64,000 nt of DNA from Catajapyx aquilonaris (taxonomy: Eukaryota), in the NCBI GenBank assembly GCA_000934665.2, contig KZ538293.1:1-64000 (forward strand). Reading direction: 5' to 3'. Below, one piece after another: positions 60,801-64,000 of the stretch (positions are counted from its first letter, which is position 1; every line of letters begins with the position of its first letter). The notes below the pieces were generated by a model. It was not told where the DNA came from, ran no database searches, and saw only the letters and a program-made list of their open reading frames with translations. Position numbers and translations under genes: made by a program.

Positions 60801-63589
60801 TCACTCACAGCATGCGGTCAGAAAATCATTGCCGTCAACTCACCACACAAAACACTCACTCGGCACGCACTATGAACCACACGCACATCAAAAAGTGGTC
60901 TCGTTTAACACCCCTTGGCAAACCGCCATCACAGGGTGTGTTTCATTGACTGGTGACCAAGGCCCTTCCTCTCTCTCTCAAATTGACCCAGCTGGTTGAC
61001 CCCTTGAACCAGACTGATTCATCCTGAAGAAAATGCGTCATACAGTGACCTTGGCTAACACAGTCTGGCATGGATTCAAAATGGAGTGAGTCACAAGACA
61101 ACTTGGGGGATGCTCATCTGCATATTAAACGTTGAAAAGATTTTAAAGGAATTAAAATGAAAGCGGGCGGAAAATTAGTGTATTCAACGATGCGTCATGG
61201 CCTGTCAACAATGCTAAAAGGATGACAAATTTGCATTATTTTTTCGCATATTTATCATGTGTCGTTGCAAATGTAAACTCAATTAATCTTCTTTCAAATT
61301 AACCTTGTGATATCACGAAACAATGTTAATTTGTCAACAATGTCCTTTGTTGATATATACTTATATATTATAGACTCTTGTTAGGTAATACCGACGACAA
61401 ACGAGTCTACTTAGAGCTAGACAAAAAATGAAGTACTATTGTCTTTGTTTTACGATACCCATAAAAAGTTCCCATAGACATAGTCTTCGTCTATCTCGGT
61501 TTCGCAATGCAGGACAATTTGTTGAGTCCAAGCCTATTATTGTCTGAACGACCGACACACACACAAAAAAAATAGTGGGGCTAACTCTTTTATAGAATCG
61601 ATCAGTTTTTGTGGTGGGCCTAGGCAGGGCTTGGATTTTAAGCCCCTGTTTTGTAGGCCCACAAATTGACAGGATTACCCCCCGGACGTGCTGGACAAAA
61701 TTTTGGATGACAATGTCGCTACCAGGTTATCTTGACCTAAATAAGGTGGAAAAAATTCATAAACATATTTTGTATATGTAAAGCAAATGCGGCACCAAAC
61801 AGTAAACAAACAAACAAAAAAGTTGTGACACATCACGTTTGGACTGTTCAAACTAAACTTGCAGAGTATGCGAAGTAAATTTCGTAAGAAAAATGGTGGT
61901 AATCCACCCCCCCTAGAAGGGCTCTGTTCCCTCTAAGGGGGTAAAGCTTTAATAAAAACTAAACTCAACTGGCAGAAATATAGTTTTAAATCAATATTGC
62001 TAATTAGCAAATGTGGGCATTCATATCCGATTGCACACTCATGTCAATTTGCAAAAATGACAGGGCAAAAAATTTTGAAAATTAATCAGACAAGCGGACA
62101 TTATTAATGTCAGTTCAGCTACAAAATTGCAGGTAGTATTGGCCCAGCTATTACTCACAAGGGTAGTGATTTGCAAAAATATTGCAAAAATGTGGGCAAT
62201 ATCGTGTCTCTTTGCAATTTTACATGTATGATTGGTTACATTGCAAATTTTTGCGATATTAAAACCTTTGTCTCCTGCTTCATACCTTATTAAGCAATAG
62301 CTCCCAAAAAAACGGTCTCGCACAAACAACTTCACCTGCCTTTCGCAAAAAAATCGCGAAAAAATTGGCAAAAGACAATGACACTTTTTTATTATACAGC
62401 TGGCAATGTCGCCAAAGTAGTTACAGAGGGACGGGAGCAATGCCCATTTCAAGCACATCCTGCCCCTTTTTAGTACGCCAACCCTTTCCTGTCGATCCGA
62501 AACGAGGTTCCATTTTGGAAGCCAACAATCGTGCCAACTCGCCCACCAAAAAAGTATTGTTATAGCCAAGTTTGGAGGAAAAGTAAATAGCCTGAGACAT
62601 TTTGCGAGCAATGCAATTTCCTTTTTCATTTTCGCAAAAAAATTGGTAGCTCTCAGATAAGAATTTTATTCGTCCACAGCCAACGTTTATTTCAACAATG
62701 TCATCACCTAATTGTTGGCTTATCAATGATAATATCCAGCACCATTACAGGATATTAAGAAAATCACTTCACAAAATTTTTGATAATAATAATTAATATC
62801 CTCTCAGCATCCTGGAGTGCCAACAATGGAAAATGTCTTTTGCAAAAAAAAAAGTTTGCTATCTCACCATTGCCCCACTTGGAACCCCCCAAGCCTCCTA
62901 TTATCCTCAGGGCCCAACTTTTAAAGCCTTTCAAAAAATCCGGGCCATGAAAAAAAAAATATATATCTGGTATAGATAAGGCATGAAAAGAGCACCCTGT
63001 AGGCCCCTTCAAGAATAAAGCGCAAAAATTCTAATTGAGATACATGTGGTGATGACATTTTTTTTGCAGAAATGACATCCCTGAAGAATTGGATGCAAAA
63101 AATATTGCATTAATTCAAGGTTAAAATCTGCAAAAGTTGATAGCGCAGACTCATTTGCATTTTGCACCACTCTTTACATGCAAAATGGGGGGACTTTAAA
63201 TCTGCACTCTTTCTGCCAAAAAAAAGTTTGCAGAGATATAGGACAACCGGAGTGATTTCTGCAGGTTTGTCATGGCTACTGGCCAGAGAGGGATGTCCAA
63301 TGTCACACAGTGATGGAGACAATGCCAACATGGCTCCGATTGTTGGAAAATGAGAGGAAAAACCTTGTTTATTTTGATGTAGCCTATAGAGATTATAGAC
63401 TGTAACTCTTAACTAGTTGACATGACTAAAGTCAAGTGTAAATTGTAATGTAACTTATATTATGGTACTAATCACGTATTTTATTTTCAATTAAAATTTA
63501 TTGTATTGTTGTTTATTTTATTTCATATTGTTATTTATTTTAGTTTAATTATAATTGCGTGATTTTGTTATTTTTTATTTTTTGAAAAT

Positions 63590-63845
63590 TTTTTACACCC
63601 TATTGGGAGAATCGGCGCTCCATTAGGGCTTAGGGGGGTGGAGTACCACCATTGGATGGGGCCAATGATAGGGAAGGAAGGAAGCGGCTGTGGCCTATTG
63701 TACGGAAGCGACCCCGGAATTATCCTGAGGGGAGCGTGGAAAACCACAGAAAGCCACAGTCAGGGTTGCCGGCCCCGGGATTCGAACCCAGGACCTTCCG
63801 ATTAGCAGTCGGGCTCCTTAACCACCACACCAACTTGCTTCGGTT
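63590..63845 (-). mobile_element. tRNA-derived SINE
   Basis: Minus strand: A box TGGTGTGGTGG, B box GGTTCGAATCC, body CTGACTGTGGCTTTCTGTGGTTTTCC...GGCCACAGCCGCTTCCTTCC resembling hexapod SINE cores, A-rich tail. No proper acceptor stem. Confidence 0.8.
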
Positions 63846-64000
63846 CTGTAATTTATTATTGTAGTGTTTTTTATTTTATTTTATTATAGTTTTATTTTCA
63901 TAACTCATTATTTTATTTTATTATAGTTTTATTTTCATAACTCATTATTTTATTTTATTATAGTTTTATTTTTATAACTTATTATTTTATTTTATTGTAG

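Noticed and set aside
63770..63845. tRNA gene with GCT anticodon
   Set aside because: No Ser-type variable arm or paired acceptor stem; it continues into a SINE body and A-rich tail.

Overview
Eukaryotic, almost certainly arthropod, genomic DNA: short (~60 bp) GT-AG introns, divergent ionotropic receptors, a Futsch gene, TA-flanked MITEs and a tRNA-derived SINE. An IR-rich basal hexapod is plausible but cannot be proven from sequence alone. The left 28 kb is a fast-turnover duplication zone. It holds three intact divergent IR chemoreceptor genes plus IR relics, two GTSF1/Asterix-like piRNA-pathway paralogues, two C-type lectins plus a lectin pseudogene, a secreted CS-alpha-beta (defensin/toxin-like) peptide with a Thr-rich tail, tRNA-Ser(CGA), a truncated tRNA-Met and an ankyrin fragment. 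From about 28.3 kb onward the minus strand carries futsch/MAP1: a probable long 3' UTR, five coding exons including one of 7.3 kb, then more than 21 kb of repeat-rich sequence in which I could not find the first coding exon. Best candidates for something new: (1) a ~270-nt GC-rich, multi-helix RNA structure filling the futsch intron just upstream of the light-chain exons, enclosing an in-frame stop next to a weak donor; (2) GTSF1 paralogues that are nearly identical in non-coding DNA but heavily diverged in the zinc fingers; (3) a similar mosaic in the IR pair; (4) the tailed CS-alpha-beta peptide. All exon models and counts were derived by hand and are unverified by tools.
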